A stretch of DNA of 64,000 nt, from contig JAUSHB010000013.1 of NCBI GenBank assembly GCA_030648955.1, positions 76,675 to 140,674 of the forward strand, written 5' to 3'. Origin of the DNA: a bacterium. GTDB lineage: Bacteria > Patescibacteriota > Minisyncoccia > Phycocordibacterales > JAUSHB01. The notes beneath the pieces were generated by a model, which had not been told where the DNA came from, searched no databases, and was given only the letters and a program-made list of their open reading frames with translations. Below, piece by piece: positions 9,191 through 19,093 of this stretch (position 1 is the stretch's first letter; every line of letters begins with the position of its first letter). Position numbers and translations under genes: made by a program.

Positions 9191-9826
9191 TTACTTCGCC
9201 GGCTCCCGATATGGGTCAACCCCCGAAGGACGAGGAGGTGTTGGTGGGACAGGAGCAGAAGACGGTTTTTGTGGAACCAGTGTTTCTTCTCGTGGCATCT
9301 TGAAGACCCCTTGGAGCTTTTGTTCAAAAATATTTTGCGGGGCCTTCGGTGTTTCCGGGGGTTTGGGCGCTTCGGGAGCACTTGTACCACCGGGCACAAT
9401 CATTTGGGGAAATTGAGGAGAAGGTGACATGGGTGGTGTGGGAGCTTGCGGTGGTGTTGGTATTGAAGCTACCGAAGCTTCTGAAGCTAATGAAGCTTGC
9501 GGTGAAGCCCCTTCGTCTATTATGTTGTGAACTATTTTGAGTGACTCTTTAACAGGCTGGAAAATTTCCTCATTCACTTTTTCCGCAATTGCGCGCGCTT
9601 TTTCTTGATCAACATCTATTTTTGTCACAATATTGCGAATGAAATCCTTAGGGTGGGAAGTTCCCATAAGAACTGATACCACTTCATCCTCCACATCAAG
9701 TGCTTGTTCTGGGGTGATACCAGTGTCGCGGCCAATAAGTTGTACATCTATACCAACATCATCAGACAAAAGTAACTGTTGTATATTTTGGGGTAGCTTT
9801 TTAAATTTTTCTTTTGTGTATTCCAT
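9191..9826 (-). CDS. Conserved-type hypothetical protein, Pro-rich, C-terminal DPYREP motif
   Basis: Helical N-terminus, Pro-rich linker, DPYREP end; co-oriented in the operon. Confidence 0.7.
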   Translation of the reverse strand: MEYTKEKFKKLPQNIQQLLLSDDVGIDVQLIGRDTGITPEQALDVEDEVVSVLMGTSHPKDFIRNIVTKIDVDQEKARAIAEKVNEEIFQPVKESLKIVHNIIDEGASPQASLASEASVASIPTPPQAPTPPMSPSPQFPQMIVPGGTSAPEAPKPPETPKAPQNIFEQKLQGVFKMPREETLVPQKPSSAPVPPTPPRPSGVDPYREPAK

Positions 9827-9832
9827 AAAATA

Positions 9833-11662
9833 CTAAGTTTCTTTGGGTTTTTCTGTTTCTTTAACTATCGTCTCTGCTTTCTCTGGTTCCCCTGCCCCCG
9901 CTTTTACTTCTTCTTTAGCTGCTTCTTTAATTTTATCCAGCAATTCCTGTTCCGGTGTTTTACCTTTCTTTATCTTTTTCGCCGCCTCCCTATTAGAAAG
10001 ACCCCATAACCGATCACCTCTTTTTTCAAGCTTCTCTGTGTATATATCTTTTGCAGTTTTATCAACAAATTTTTTCTCACCCGTCTTTTTATCAACAATC
10101 TCTTTTTGTTGATATTGAACATTACCCTGTGTATCTCTTTTAATCCTCGTTTCTCCCGAAGGCCCTTGTTCATACTCAAACATTTTTGTGTCGCTCAAAC
10201 GTTTTGCAAGATCTTCTTTACGTTTTACTTTTTCGCTCAAGTGTTTATCATATCCGCCCTTGCCGCCCGCTTTCCCAAATCCCGCTCTGTCCATACCGGG
10301 AATTCCACGGATGTCCATGGTGCCGGATGATGTTGCGCGAAGTCCTCTGTCGGCGACTTCTCCTACGACACCTGTGCGTGCCGCAAAGCGCTTAAACCTA
10401 TCCGAATCGGCAAGCGCTCGGGCACCGCCTCCGATTAGGCGCCGTCCCGCAAGCGCTGTGGTGCCGATCGCCGCACCAAATACTGCCGTCCCCGCCTTTG
10501 TCGCCCACTGTCCCGCCGATCCAGAAAGCGACTTTGTTTTACTAAGGGCAATCATAAGTGCGACAACAACAATCGCAGCCTTGAGTGCTACTGTGGTAAA
10601 TAAGTCGGTAAAAGAAGTGCCTGCGGTAGCTTGCGCGCCGCTAAATTTTATGATTTCACCCAAGCCTGATAAGAGTTGAACGATTATGTACAAAAAGAAA
10701 AGAAAAACGGGCGCCACCATGGCTTGGCTTAAGAGTTGGTTCCACCACGAGCTTGTGAAGCTCCCTCCTTTTGGAAGGGCGTATGAAATAAATGCAAGCG
10801 GAGAAGCGATAATAAGGAATATAAATGCTATCACGCGACCAACGAGGAGAAACCCTGCGTAAAAAAGAACATACGCAATCATAACGTTTATGATTGCCGC
10901 AACAAAAAACAAAAATATCAGCGCGGCATTTGAAGAGTTTGTCGACGTCTTCCATTTTTCGAAAGCCGTAGGGGAGAGAAGTGCTTGCGGATTAATGGAA
11001 CCCATAATTCTCTCTGATATACGTTTCTCTGGAACTCCCTGTATGTGGCCGCCTACTGACGACTTTGACCCCGCTCGATTATAAAATTCCATAGCGATCA
11101 CATTTGACGCATCAATAACGACTCGGGTGAAGAAAAAACTGAAATTTACTAGAAGCGCCACAATAATTACATTCGCGACCGCTTGTTTCAGTTGCACGCC
11201 TCCAATTTGAAGTATGGTTCCAAGGGCAATCCAGAGAAGTATAAGAATGAACAAAAGATTCACGAGATTTCTTATGGTTGCCCAAGAATTTGCCACAAAG
11301 TCCTGATTAAGAAGAAGCGGGCTTACTGAAAGCGCAAGGAATGAATCAAATATCCCGCCCGACAATGTGAGGATAAGGCCGCTTGGAGCATAAAAAATGT
11401 AATACGCCAGTATTGCAAAACAATCGTCAAAATTGATTCCTGACCACTCAACACACTCCAAACCAAATGCATCTGTTGGGTTTTCTGAAAGCGGTGTCGC
11501 TGGCCTTGTGGTCACTAAATCTTGCGAGGGTTCATAACCATCAAGAACGTCTGCGTGCACAACTTGTGTACCAAGTGTCCACCCCTCCTGAATCGCAAAA
11601 GATATCGGTGTGCTCCACAGAGTGCCAATCATTACGAGGGTTATAGTAAAATTTTTCAACAT
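9833..11662 (-). CDS. VirB6/TrbL-like polytopic membrane protein
   Basis: WATIRNLVN, ALLVNFSFFFTRVVID, GRVIAF..LIIASPLAF; multiple TMs. Start re-assigned to MLKNF (11662), just after the upstream stop. Confidence 0.8.
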   Translation of the reverse strand: MLKNFTITLVMIGTLWSTPISFAIQEGWTLGTQVVHADVLDGYEPSQDLVTTRPATPLSENPTDAFGLECVEWSGINFDDCFAILAYYIFYAPSGLILTLSGGIFDSFLALSVSPLLLNQDFVANSWATIRNLVNLLFILILLWIALGTILQIGGVQLKQAVANVIIVALLVNFSFFFTRVVIDASNVIAMEFYNRAGSKSSVGGHIQGVPEKRISERIMGSINPQALLSPTAFEKWKTSTNSSNAALIFLFFVAAIINVMIAYVLFYAGFLLVGRVIAFIFLIIASPLAFISYALPKGGSFTSSWWNQLLSQAMVAPVFLFFLYIIVQLLSGLGEIIKFSGAQATAGTSFTDLFTTVALKAAIVVVALMIALSKTKSLSGSAGQWATKAGTAVFGAAIGTTALAGRRLIGGGARALADSDRFKRFAARTGVVGEVADRGLRATSSGTMDIRGIPGMDRAGFGKAGGKGGYDKHLSEKVKRKEDLAKRLSDTKMFEYEQGPSGETRIKRDTQGNVQYQQKEIVDKKTGEKKFVDKTAKDIYTEKLEKRGDRLWGLSNREAAKKIKKGKTPEQELLDKIKEAAKEEVKAGAGEPEKAETIVKETEKPKET

Positions 11663-11666
11663 GTCA

Positions 11667-12524
11667 TCATTTAAGTTGGGCAAACATTCCTGATACAAGC
11701 TGATTAAAAACTGCGCTAACAAGTTCATCAAACTCATCGGCAAGTTCGTATTGCCTCAAATCAGTACCAACCGCAGTGCCCAATCGCGCCGAAATCATTG
11801 ACCCTGGTGTGGTGGTCTTTCCGTTTTTATCCGTGAAACTCAAGAACCCGCTTGCCCACGAAAGGCGTTGTTCCTCCTGCTTTGTTTGTTCTTCTATAGC
11901 CGCCTCCATCGCATTACTTGTATCTATATAAAGACTAAATGGGTTATTGCTACCATAGAGCGATTGTTCGTATGTATACCACCCCCCCTCATCGAAATCA
12001 TCAAAAAATTTTTTCCCATCAATTCCTAACTCGTCTAAGGTACACCGTGCCTCTGCTTTATATTTATCAACGATACCGGGGCGTGTTCGAAATTGTGCGT
12101 CGAAATTATCAAAAAACGTACAGATGTCTGCTCCTACAAGTGCTGATAAAAACTCCGTGCCTACCACGTTTTTCATATCCTCAAGATAAACTTTTAGGTC
12201 GTCCACAAAAACAGGTTTTCCGTTAAATCCGCTATTTACCCATTTGGTCATATTACCTATCAGTGTGCTCAAAATACCCTTGGTAATTGTGAGCATAATA
12301 GAATCCCAGCCACCCACTGTTTCTTTGTCACAGAGTGACGTTGATGCAGAGTCTGTCACGGGAACCTTCATAAGAGATGATAGAGAGGGTACTTCACAGG
12401 CGGGGTTGAGTGCGTAAGCTTTGTTGGGTGTGGAAAATGGAATGATCGGCGAGAAAAGAAATACGAGCATTAAAACCGATGATAATACGCGGTGTCCGAA
12501 TTTATTTTTAAACAGTGATTTCAT
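11667..12524 (-). CDS. Secreted/membrane hypothetical protein of the T4SS-like locus
   Basis: Signal peptide; WVNSGFNGKPVFV and TPGSMI motifs. Confidence 0.7.
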   Translation of the reverse strand: MKSLFKNKFGHRVLSSVLMLVFLFSPIIPFSTPNKAYALNPACEVPSLSSLMKVPVTDSASTSLCDKETVGGWDSIMLTITKGILSTLIGNMTKWVNSGFNGKPVFVDDLKVYLEDMKNVVGTEFLSALVGADICTFFDNFDAQFRTRPGIVDKYKAEARCTLDELGIDGKKFFDDFDEGGWYTYEQSLYGSNNPFSLYIDTSNAMEAAIEEQTKQEEQRLSWASGFLSFTDKNGKTTTPGSMISARLGTAVGTDLRQYELADEFDELVSAVFNQLVSGMFAQLK

Positions 12525-12539
12525 GAAAGCCTAATTAAA

Positions 12540-13550
12540 TTATTGAGACCGCTCAAACATTGAAGTGAAAAGATAGCCGTTTTCTCCCTTTTTAAAAATT
12601 ACACCATTACTATTGAATACCGAGCCCGTATATTTCATGTAGTTTTCAATGGATACCAAACTTTTTTGGTATTGGGAAACTCCCGAGAGTCCGAGTACGG
12701 GATTAACCAAGGTGTTGCTCATGGCGCCAACCGCAGATGCAACTGTTCCAAACTCGTTTATAAACCCCAAATGAGTGGAAGCAAGCGCGGGGGGAGTGTT
12801 TACTAAAAGAAGTTTTTTAATCATTGCAATATATTCTTTTTCAAATTGAGCAAGTTTTTCAATAGTCCCTGTGTTACTGCCGGAAAGCGCTTGTGAAAGA
12901 ATATAGAGCTCGCTTTCTTTTGAGGAACGTCCTATGAATATCGTCCCCATGGTTTCTCCATATACTCTCATTGAAGAACTTGAGTCATCGCTGATTGACA
13001 CATTGGTAGCACGGTAGGTTTTTGCGGGAGGAATTCCTTTTGACATAATTCCGCCCGCCATGGTTTTAGCAAGACTCTCGAGCGATTGACTGCCAGTGTT
13101 TCCCGTTCCCTTGAGTTCAAAATAGTTTCCCAAAAGTTCTCGCATGAACACGTCAGTTTCGTTGAGTGATTGGGGGTCGTATGTTGAGGGGGAATTTTCG
13201 CTTGGTTTGACGATGTTTTTTTCCAGCACATCGTTTGGGCCTTTTTTGGTCGGGTTTCTACCAAGCTTCACTTCCTCGCTGTCCAGTGTTCCATCGCTGT
13301 CCGTATCAGAATTTTGAGAATCTGTTTTCCAGAGCGCTTCTTCCCAATCAGGGAGACCATCGTTATCAGAATCTTGCTGGGAGATGGATTCGGCTAATTT
13401 TTTTGCTGTATCCTGCGCCGTGTTTTCTCGCTCGAACACCAACGTTTCTTTTTTGTTCTCCACCCAACGACTCCACAAAAACATTCCGCCCGCTATCACC
13501 GCGATAGCAAGTATGATCGCAACCATTTTTTTACTCGGCAGATATTTCAA
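12540..13550 (-). CDS. Membrane-anchored protein with Ca-binding TSP3-like repeats
   Basis: DSDNDGLPDWEE...DTDSDGTLDSEEV after an N-terminal TM. Confidence 0.75.
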   Translation of the reverse strand: MKYLPSKKMVAIILAIAVIAGGMFLWSRWVENKKETLVFERENTAQDTAKKLAESISQQDSDNDGLPDWEEALWKTDSQNSDTDSDGTLDSEEVKLGRNPTKKGPNDVLEKNIVKPSENSPSTYDPQSLNETDVFMRELLGNYFELKGTGNTGSQSLESLAKTMAGGIMSKGIPPAKTYRATNVSISDDSSSSMRVYGETMGTIFIGRSSKESELYILSQALSGSNTGTIEKLAQFEKEYIAMIKKLLLVNTPPALASTHLGFINEFGTVASAVGAMSNTLVNPVLGLSGVSQYQKSLVSIENYMKYTGSVFNSNGVIFKKGENGYLFTSMFERSQ

Positions 13551-13662
13551 GATTTTCTTGGTTAATTATATCAAAACCCTTATGTATTTAGTATAACATA
13601 ACAAATTGTACTGTGGATAAACAATGGGGTATAAATACTCTTTTGTAGTATTCTTGTAATAT

Positions 13663-14994
13663 ATGATTTTACATCAGCAAAAATTGTCTGTGGTGATGGT
13701 GCTCGCCACGGCGTTTCTTCTTACCAACACCGCGTTTGCGCAAGGCACTAATTTAGTTTCAGTCACCGAAATTTTTTCAACAAACTTGAGAGTTGGTGAT
13801 CGCGGAGAAGATGTACAAACCCTCCAAAAAGTTCTTAACAGTTTGCCGGAAACCAAACTCGGAGATACTGGTCCTGGAGCTCCAGGGGAAGAAACAACCT
13901 ATTTTGGCGAACTTACCAAGGGCGCGGTAGTGAAATTCCAAGAAAAGTATGCCCAGGAAATCCTTTTTCCCATTCAACTAGTACAAGGGACGGGGTTTGT
14001 TGGCCCAATGACACGCGAAAAGCTCAATGAAGCGGCGGTAAGTGCCGGAATTACAGCAAATATGCAAGGAACGTCAGGTAGTGGGACTTTGTCGGGCGGG
14101 GCAACAGGGATAACGGGGTCATCGCAGGGGTCAACCGGTCAAACTACCGCCATTAAGCCAAAAATAACATCTCTTTCACCAACCAGTGGAATCAATGGGA
14201 CTGAGATTACCATAAGGGGTGAGGGGTTTACGTCAACGGGGAATACCATCAGAACAACCTTTGGTTTATTTGAGAACATACCCTCGGGCGATAGAAAAAC
14301 AATTAATTTTAAATTTTTTTCAGATGTGGTGGAAAAACAATTAGGAGTTGAAGAGATGAAACAAAATGGAATAACAGCAACTGATATCCTTGAAGAACTT
14401 GTTGCACCACTTCCTACTGCATCCACAACGGTTCCTGTTATTGTTGGTGTTGCAAACAAAAACGGAGGAAGTAATTTTGTCCAATTTGATCTTGATATGG
14501 ACATCACACATTATCTTGCAACATCAACGGTTTCAACAAACACAAACGGTCACCCCCTGCTTTTACAGAGGGTTGCGTCTTTTTTGTCTAATTTTACTAT
14601 TGCAAAAATCGCCGAAGCAAAGAAGAAGGGGCCATCCCCAGCAGAAATTGCAAAAAAGTTGGCAGATAGTCAATGGAACCAACTTACAGGAAGCACCGGG
14701 GGTGGAGGAAGTGTTGGTGGCGCAGGCCCAGCTTTTGGAGGAAATGTTATTATGGTCATACCATGTCCATGTAGTGCTGGGGTTGCGTTTACCATACGGC
14801 CAGTTGCTGGTTCTCCAGGACCATATTTTGCACCATATTTTTCATGGAAAGCAAATTACGCAATCTTTCCAGGTAATTGGGTGCTAGGGTCTGCCCCCCT
14901 CCCAGGAGCATGTCTAACTGTTGCGTTTTGTTATCCCTACAGCGCGCCGCTTATTCCACCGACACCAGGCGTAGGGACATCATTGGGTATGTAA
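13663..14994 (+). CDS. Secreted peptidoglycan-binding + IPT/TIG domain protein with Cys-rich tail
   Basis: LRVGDRGEDVQTLQK...YFGELTKGAVVKFQ...GFVGPMTR; PKITSLSPTSG..GTEITIRGEGF. Confidence 0.8.
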   Translation: MILHQQKLSVVMVLATAFLLTNTAFAQGTNLVSVTEIFSTNLRVGDRGEDVQTLQKVLNSLPETKLGDTGPGAPGEETTYFGELTKGAVVKFQEKYAQEILFPIQLVQGTGFVGPMTREKLNEAAVSAGITANMQGTSGSGTLSGGATGITGSSQGSTGQTTAIKPKITSLSPTSGINGTEITIRGEGFTSTGNTIRTTFGLFENIPSGDRKTINFKFFSDVVEKQLGVEEMKQNGITATDILEELVAPLPTASTTVPVIVGVANKNGGSNFVQFDLDMDITHYLATSTVSTNTNGHPLLLQRVASFLSNFTIAKIAEAKKKGPSPAEIAKKLADSQWNQLTGSTGGGGSVGGAGPAFGGNVIMVIPCPCSAGVAFTIRPVAGSPGPYFAPYFSWKANYAIFPGNWVLGSAPLPGACLTVAFCYPYSAPLIPPTPGVGTSLGM

Positions 14995-15017
14995 ATAATT
15001 GATTCTGGATGCATTAT

Positions 15018-15908
15018 TTAAGAACGAGTCATAAGTGCTTCACCTAAACAAAACCACTGATTAAGCGAGAGATTTTCTGCCCGTACCGTTGACGCAATAT
15101 CACATTTCTCAAAACCCTCCCCAAGTTTTTTAGGTTCGTAAAAATTTTTTAAGTTTCCCCAAAGCATCTTTCGCTTGTGCGCGAATCCTCGCTTCATGAG
15201 CTCAAAAAATGCATTCTCATCTTGCTCACCCGCAAAATTATTTTTTGAAATGTTTTCTATGAGAAGTACCGCGGAATCGACATTTGGTTCCGGAGAAAAA
15301 TATCGTGCGGGAACTTTTTGTATATAACGGGGTGTTCCGTATGCTTTTACGCTCATCGAAAGAATACTTTCTTTACCCTGAGCGGCTTGTGGTGATTTAT
15401 CCTGAGTTTTATCGAAGGAGCCTAGTCGAACCGGGTCGAAGGGTTTGCCATCCCTTGCCCCGCTATGGCGGGGGCGTGCCACAATTCTGTCCGCGACCTC
15501 TTTTTGCACCATCAAGACCATTCGTTGCGGTTGCAGATCTCCCGAAAGAAATGTTCGCAAGATTTCTCCGGTGATGTAGTAAGGGATGTTAGCGACAAGT
15601 TTATAGGTATTAGTTTTTAGTTTGTAGTTAGTGGGATTAAGAGTAAGAATGTCGCCGTGCACGAGTTCTAATTTTCCATTTCTGATTTCTTGCGCAAATT
15701 TATCTTTCAAATATGAAATCATTCGCACATCTTTTTCCACCGCGATTACCTTCCCCGCTTTTTGTAAAAGACCCTCGGTAAGGAATCCTTTCCCGGGGCC
15801 GATCTCAAGCACGACATCGTCCGGAGCAATCTGTGCAGCCGCGACAATATCTCGCGCAACTCCGCGCGACGTTAAAAAATTTTGACCGAGTGATTTTTTT
15901 GCTCGCAT
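15018..15908 (-). CDS. rsmA: 16S rRNA m6,2A dimethyltransferase KsgA with in-frame repeat insertions
   Basis: KKSLGQNFL, VLEIGPGKG, VANIPYYIT, MVQKEVADR, PNVDSA. Confidence 0.97.
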   Translation of the reverse strand: MRAKKSLGQNFLTSRGVARDIVAAAQIAPDDVVLEIGPGKGFLTEGLLQKAGKVIAVEKDVRMISYLKDKFAQEIRNGKLELVHGDILTLNPTNYKLKTNTYKLVANIPYYITGEILRTFLSGDLQPQRMVLMVQKEVADRIVARPRHSGARDGKPFDPVRLGSFDKTQDKSPQAAQGKESILSMSVKAYGTPRYIQKVPARYFSPEPNVDSAVLLIENISKNNFAGEQDENAFFELMKRGFAHKRKMLWGNLKNFYEPKKLGEGFEKCDIASTVRAENLSLNQWFCLGEALMTRS

Positions 15909-15948
15909 AAAATATATAAATTTAGTTAAGTTTATCACACACCTCCAG

Positions 15949-15986
15949 TAACACATATCCAATGCCTAGGCACTTGATATGTGTCA
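15949..15986. repeat. Palindrome; near-copy of 16602-16643
   Basis: taacacatatccaatgcctaggcacttgatatgtgtca. Confidence 0.85.
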
Positions 15987-15998
15987 GTGGTTTATTTT

Positions 15999-16574
15999 TT
16001 ATAACAAGCCAAACACCTTTTTGATTTCTTGTTCCCCGTCAATCTTTTTCACTAAAAGGTATTTTAAGTGGTTTCTAATGTTTAAATACTTTCCCAATAG
16101 ATCAAGCTCGCCCCTGCATTCAAAAGGAGTAACAAACGTTGATTTTTGTATGGGAATAAACCCCATGCGTTTTAAATGAAAATTCACGGCGTTGCGCGCA
16201 GACTTTTTTGTGTTGGGGATGTCGAATATAATAACCCGAAACATGCCATCCCACACTTTTGGAGGTTTCACACAGAGATCATATATCTTGTTTTTATCAA
16301 CCTCTTCCTTGCCGCGATCAGTAAGAGACAGCACACTGTTTTTTGAGTTTACTCGCAACAATCCATGTTTTTCCAATGAGCGTATTGTTCTTTTGACACG
16401 AAATCGCTCACGAGAATTTTTCGGCTTAAAAAGAACAAGAACTTGTGCAAGGCCCGGCAAGGCAAGGACAGCAATAAAAAGCCCTCCAACAGCAAGTCCC
16501 TTTAAAATAACGAGCGCAAGCTCTCCGTGTCCATACTCACTCAATGGTTTAATATTCAGGGGTTTTATATCCAT
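15999..16574 (-). CDS. PaaX-like protein (wHTH + Cas2-like domain)
   Basis: LTDRGK wing then WDGMFRVIIFDIP...R..LKRMGFIPIQKSTFV. Confidence 0.85.
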   Translation of the reverse strand: MDIKPLNIKPLSEYGHGELALVILKGLAVGGLFIAVLALPGLAQVLVLFKPKNSRERFRVKRTIRSLEKHGLLRVNSKNSVLSLTDRGKEEVDKNKIYDLCVKPPKVWDGMFRVIIFDIPNTKKSARNAVNFHLKRMGFIPIQKSTFVTPFECRGELDLLGKYLNIRNHLKYLLVKKIDGEQEIKKVFGLL

Positions 16575-16601
16575 AAAAATACATTTTTAGAATAACACCA
16601 T

Positions 16602-16643
16602 ATTAACACATATCAAATGCCTAGGCATTTGATATGTGTTAAT
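16602..16643. repeat. Perfect 42-bp palindrome upstream of the PaaX-like gene
   Basis: attaacacatatcaaatgcct|aggcatttgatatgtgttaat. Confidence 0.9.
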
Positions 16644-16695
16644 GGTAAATTGGTTCCAAGTTTGAGCCATGGTAAGGCGTTAGTCAAAAAATTTA

Positions 16696-18639
16696 TTAAT
16701 CAAAATGTATCGTATAAAGCGCCTCCTCGCCACCACCCCCTTCTTCTTGTTCGACAAAGTCATTGTCAATATCGGAAAGAAATTCCGAAGGAGTATTCAC
16801 TTGTTTTGCGCCGAAAATAGTTCTGACTGCCGTGTATGAAAGAAAAAGTTTTTCTTTCGCTCGTGTGAGCGCCACGTAAAAAAGTCGCCGCTCTTCTTCC
16901 TCGCGCTCGTTTGCGCCTTCACCGCCTCCCATCCCGCGATGAGGAAAAAGATCTTGTTCGAGGCCTGTGATAAACACATATCGAAACTCAAGTCCCTTTG
17001 CGGCGTGCACCGTCATTAGTTTTACCGCATTATCATTTCGCTCGAGTGAATCCTGATCGGTCGTGAGCGCGACATCGGATAGAAGTTTTTCCACTCCTTC
17101 TTGCGGGGAAAGAATGTCGTATTTTGTCGCGAGTGTCACCAACTCTTTTAAGTTTTCAAGTCGTTCTAGATTTTCTTCCGTTCCATCTTTGAGTGACTTT
17201 TCCATTCCTGTTTCTCGCATGATAAATTTAATAAGCAAAGAAGTTTTTTCTGTAAGCGCTTGTTCTTGTATCCGCACGAGAAGTTTTTTAAATTCCGCAA
17301 CGCGTGTTTTCATGGCCGGCGTGAGACTCTCAGTGCTCCCCGCGAGCACTTTTATGATTGTAGCTTTGCCAATCCCACGTGTCGGGACATTGATGATTCG
17401 CTTCACGTCATAAAAATTTTCCATATTGAGAGCGGCTTTGATATAGGAGATTACATCGCGAACCTCTTTTCGTTCAAAGAATTTTACACCAAGAACTTGA
17501 TAGGGAATGTTGAGAGATAAAAAAGATTCTTCCAAAACACGCGATTGAAAGTTTGCGCGATACAGCACGGCAATGTCCCGTGGCGACACACCACCCTTGA
17601 TAAGCTCGTCAGATTTTCCTGCAACAAAGCGCGCCTCCTCATTCTCGTCATACGCGCCGAACATGGAAATTTTTGCCCCTTCGGCGTTCTTGGTGAAAAG
17701 ATTTTTTTCTTTACGTAGCGTGTTTTTCTTGATCACCGCATTTGCGGCGGCGAGAATATTTTGTGTCGAACGATAATTTTCTTCTAACAAAACAACTTTG
17801 GCATCGGGGTAATCTTTTTCAAAATTCAAAATATTCTGAATGTTTGCTCCGCGCCAGCTATAAATATTCTGATCAGCGTCGCCCACAACGCAAATATTTT
17901 TGTGTCGTTCTGAAAGCGTTCGAGCAATTTCATATTGTGATTGATTGGTGTCTTGGTACTCATCGATATGAATGTAATGCCAGCGGTTTTGATAGTGCGC
18001 ACGCACGTCGGTATTCTCTCGCAAAAGATTCGCGGGCTTTAAAATGAGATCATCAAAATCAAGCGCCTTCTGTTTCACGAGCGCTCCTTCATACCGAAGC
18101 CAAACCGCCGAAAGTATTTTGGGAAAATAATTATTTCCCGCGCTCCGCGCGTATTCCTCCGCGGTTATCAAGTCTCCTTTTTGACGTGAGAGCGCGGAAA
18201 GCAATCGTCCCGGTTCAAATTGTTTCGGGTCAAGCCCTTCCGCCGCGAGCGCTTCTTTAATGACCGCCAACGAATCATTTCTATCAAGAATGGTAAAATG
18301 ACGCGGAATCCCCAAAAGATTTCCGTGTTCGCGCAGGATGTGAACTCCAAGCGCATGGAAGGTACTCATGAAGGGACGTTCGTGATGAAGTACTCCTATT
18401 GACTGGCTCTCACGTTCTAGAAGCGAAGCAACGCGTTCACCCATTTCTTTAGCAGCTTTATTGGTAAAGGTGATAGCAAGAATTTGTGATGGAGCGACTC
18501 CTTCTTTGATGAGATTGATGATTCGGTATGTGAGTGTTTTTGTTTTTCCCGCACCCGCGCCGGCAACAATCAGAAGCGGTCCATCTTTGTGGAGCGCCGC
18601 TTCTTTTTGTGCAGGGTTGAGTTCATTGAGGTGATTCAT
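16696..18639 (-). CDS. pcrA: UvrD/PcrA SF1 DNA helicase
   Basis: AGAGAGKT, DEYQD, VGDADQNIYSWRGA, NYRS, TVHAAKGLEF, YVALTRA. Confidence 0.96.
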   Translation of the reverse strand: MNHLNELNPAQKEAALHKDGPLLIVAGAGAGKTKTLTYRIINLIKEGVAPSQILAITFTNKAAKEMGERVASLLERESQSIGVLHHERPFMSTFHALGVHILREHGNLLGIPRHFTILDRNDSLAVIKEALAAEGLDPKQFEPGRLLSALSRQKGDLITAEEYARSAGNNYFPKILSAVWLRYEGALVKQKALDFDDLILKPANLLRENTDVRAHYQNRWHYIHIDEYQDTNQSQYEIARTLSERHKNICVVGDADQNIYSWRGANIQNILNFEKDYPDAKVVLLEENYRSTQNILAAANAVIKKNTLRKEKNLFTKNAEGAKISMFGAYDENEEARFVAGKSDELIKGGVSPRDIAVLYRANFQSRVLEESFLSLNIPYQVLGVKFFERKEVRDVISYIKAALNMENFYDVKRIINVPTRGIGKATIIKVLAGSTESLTPAMKTRVAEFKKLLVRIQEQALTEKTSLLIKFIMRETGMEKSLKDGTEENLERLENLKELVTLATKYDILSPQEGVEKLLSDVALTTDQDSLERNDNAVKLMTVHAAKGLEFRYVFITGLEQDLFPHRGMGGGEGANEREEEERRLFYVALTRAKEKLFLSYTAVRTIFGAKQVNTPSEFLSDIDNDFVEQEEGGGGEEALYTIHFD

Positions 18640-18776
18640 GGTGGTAACACTATAACATAGGTCTCAAAACGTAAAATATAAAATGTGTAACGCATAACAT
18701 TCAATTAAAATGGTATAGAAAACAAAAGAGCGGGCAATGACACCCGCTTTGTTATAAGAAATTGGTTGTCGGTTAT

Positions 18777-19082
18777 TTACACCGCCTCGGCAAGCTGTTT
18801 AAATTCCAGAACGCTTTTGTGTACTTCGTTTTTCACAAAATTATCAAGGTCGGGAATTTGTGCATTGAGAAACGTTTTCATGCGCTCACTGTCCCCTGCT
18901 TCGCTGATAGCATCAAACTCATGCCGCGCTTCGGGTGAAATTTTTTCAACAACCGAAACAGTGATTCTTCTTAAAATATTTTCTCCGACACGCGCAATAA
19001 CCTCATCCTGGATGTCTTGGGGAACCCCAGTAAGTCCAAGATTTTTTGTTAACGTGTCGTTGAGTTCATCCGTGTTAATCAT
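18777..19082 (-). CDS. Small helical hypothetical protein (DUF5663-like)
   Basis: LGLTGVPQDIQDE...IPDLD pattern. Confidence 0.6.
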   Translation of the reverse strand: MINTDELNDTLTKNLGLTGVPQDIQDEVIARVGENILRRITVSVVEKISPEARHEFDAISEAGDSERMKTFLNAQIPDLDNFVKNEVHKSVLEFKQLAEAV

Positions 19083-19093
19083 AAAATTATCTG

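Noticed and set aside
15999-16574. Cas2 of a CRISPR-Cas system
   Set aside because: Fused to a wHTH in PaaX-like architecture; no cas1, effector or array nearby.
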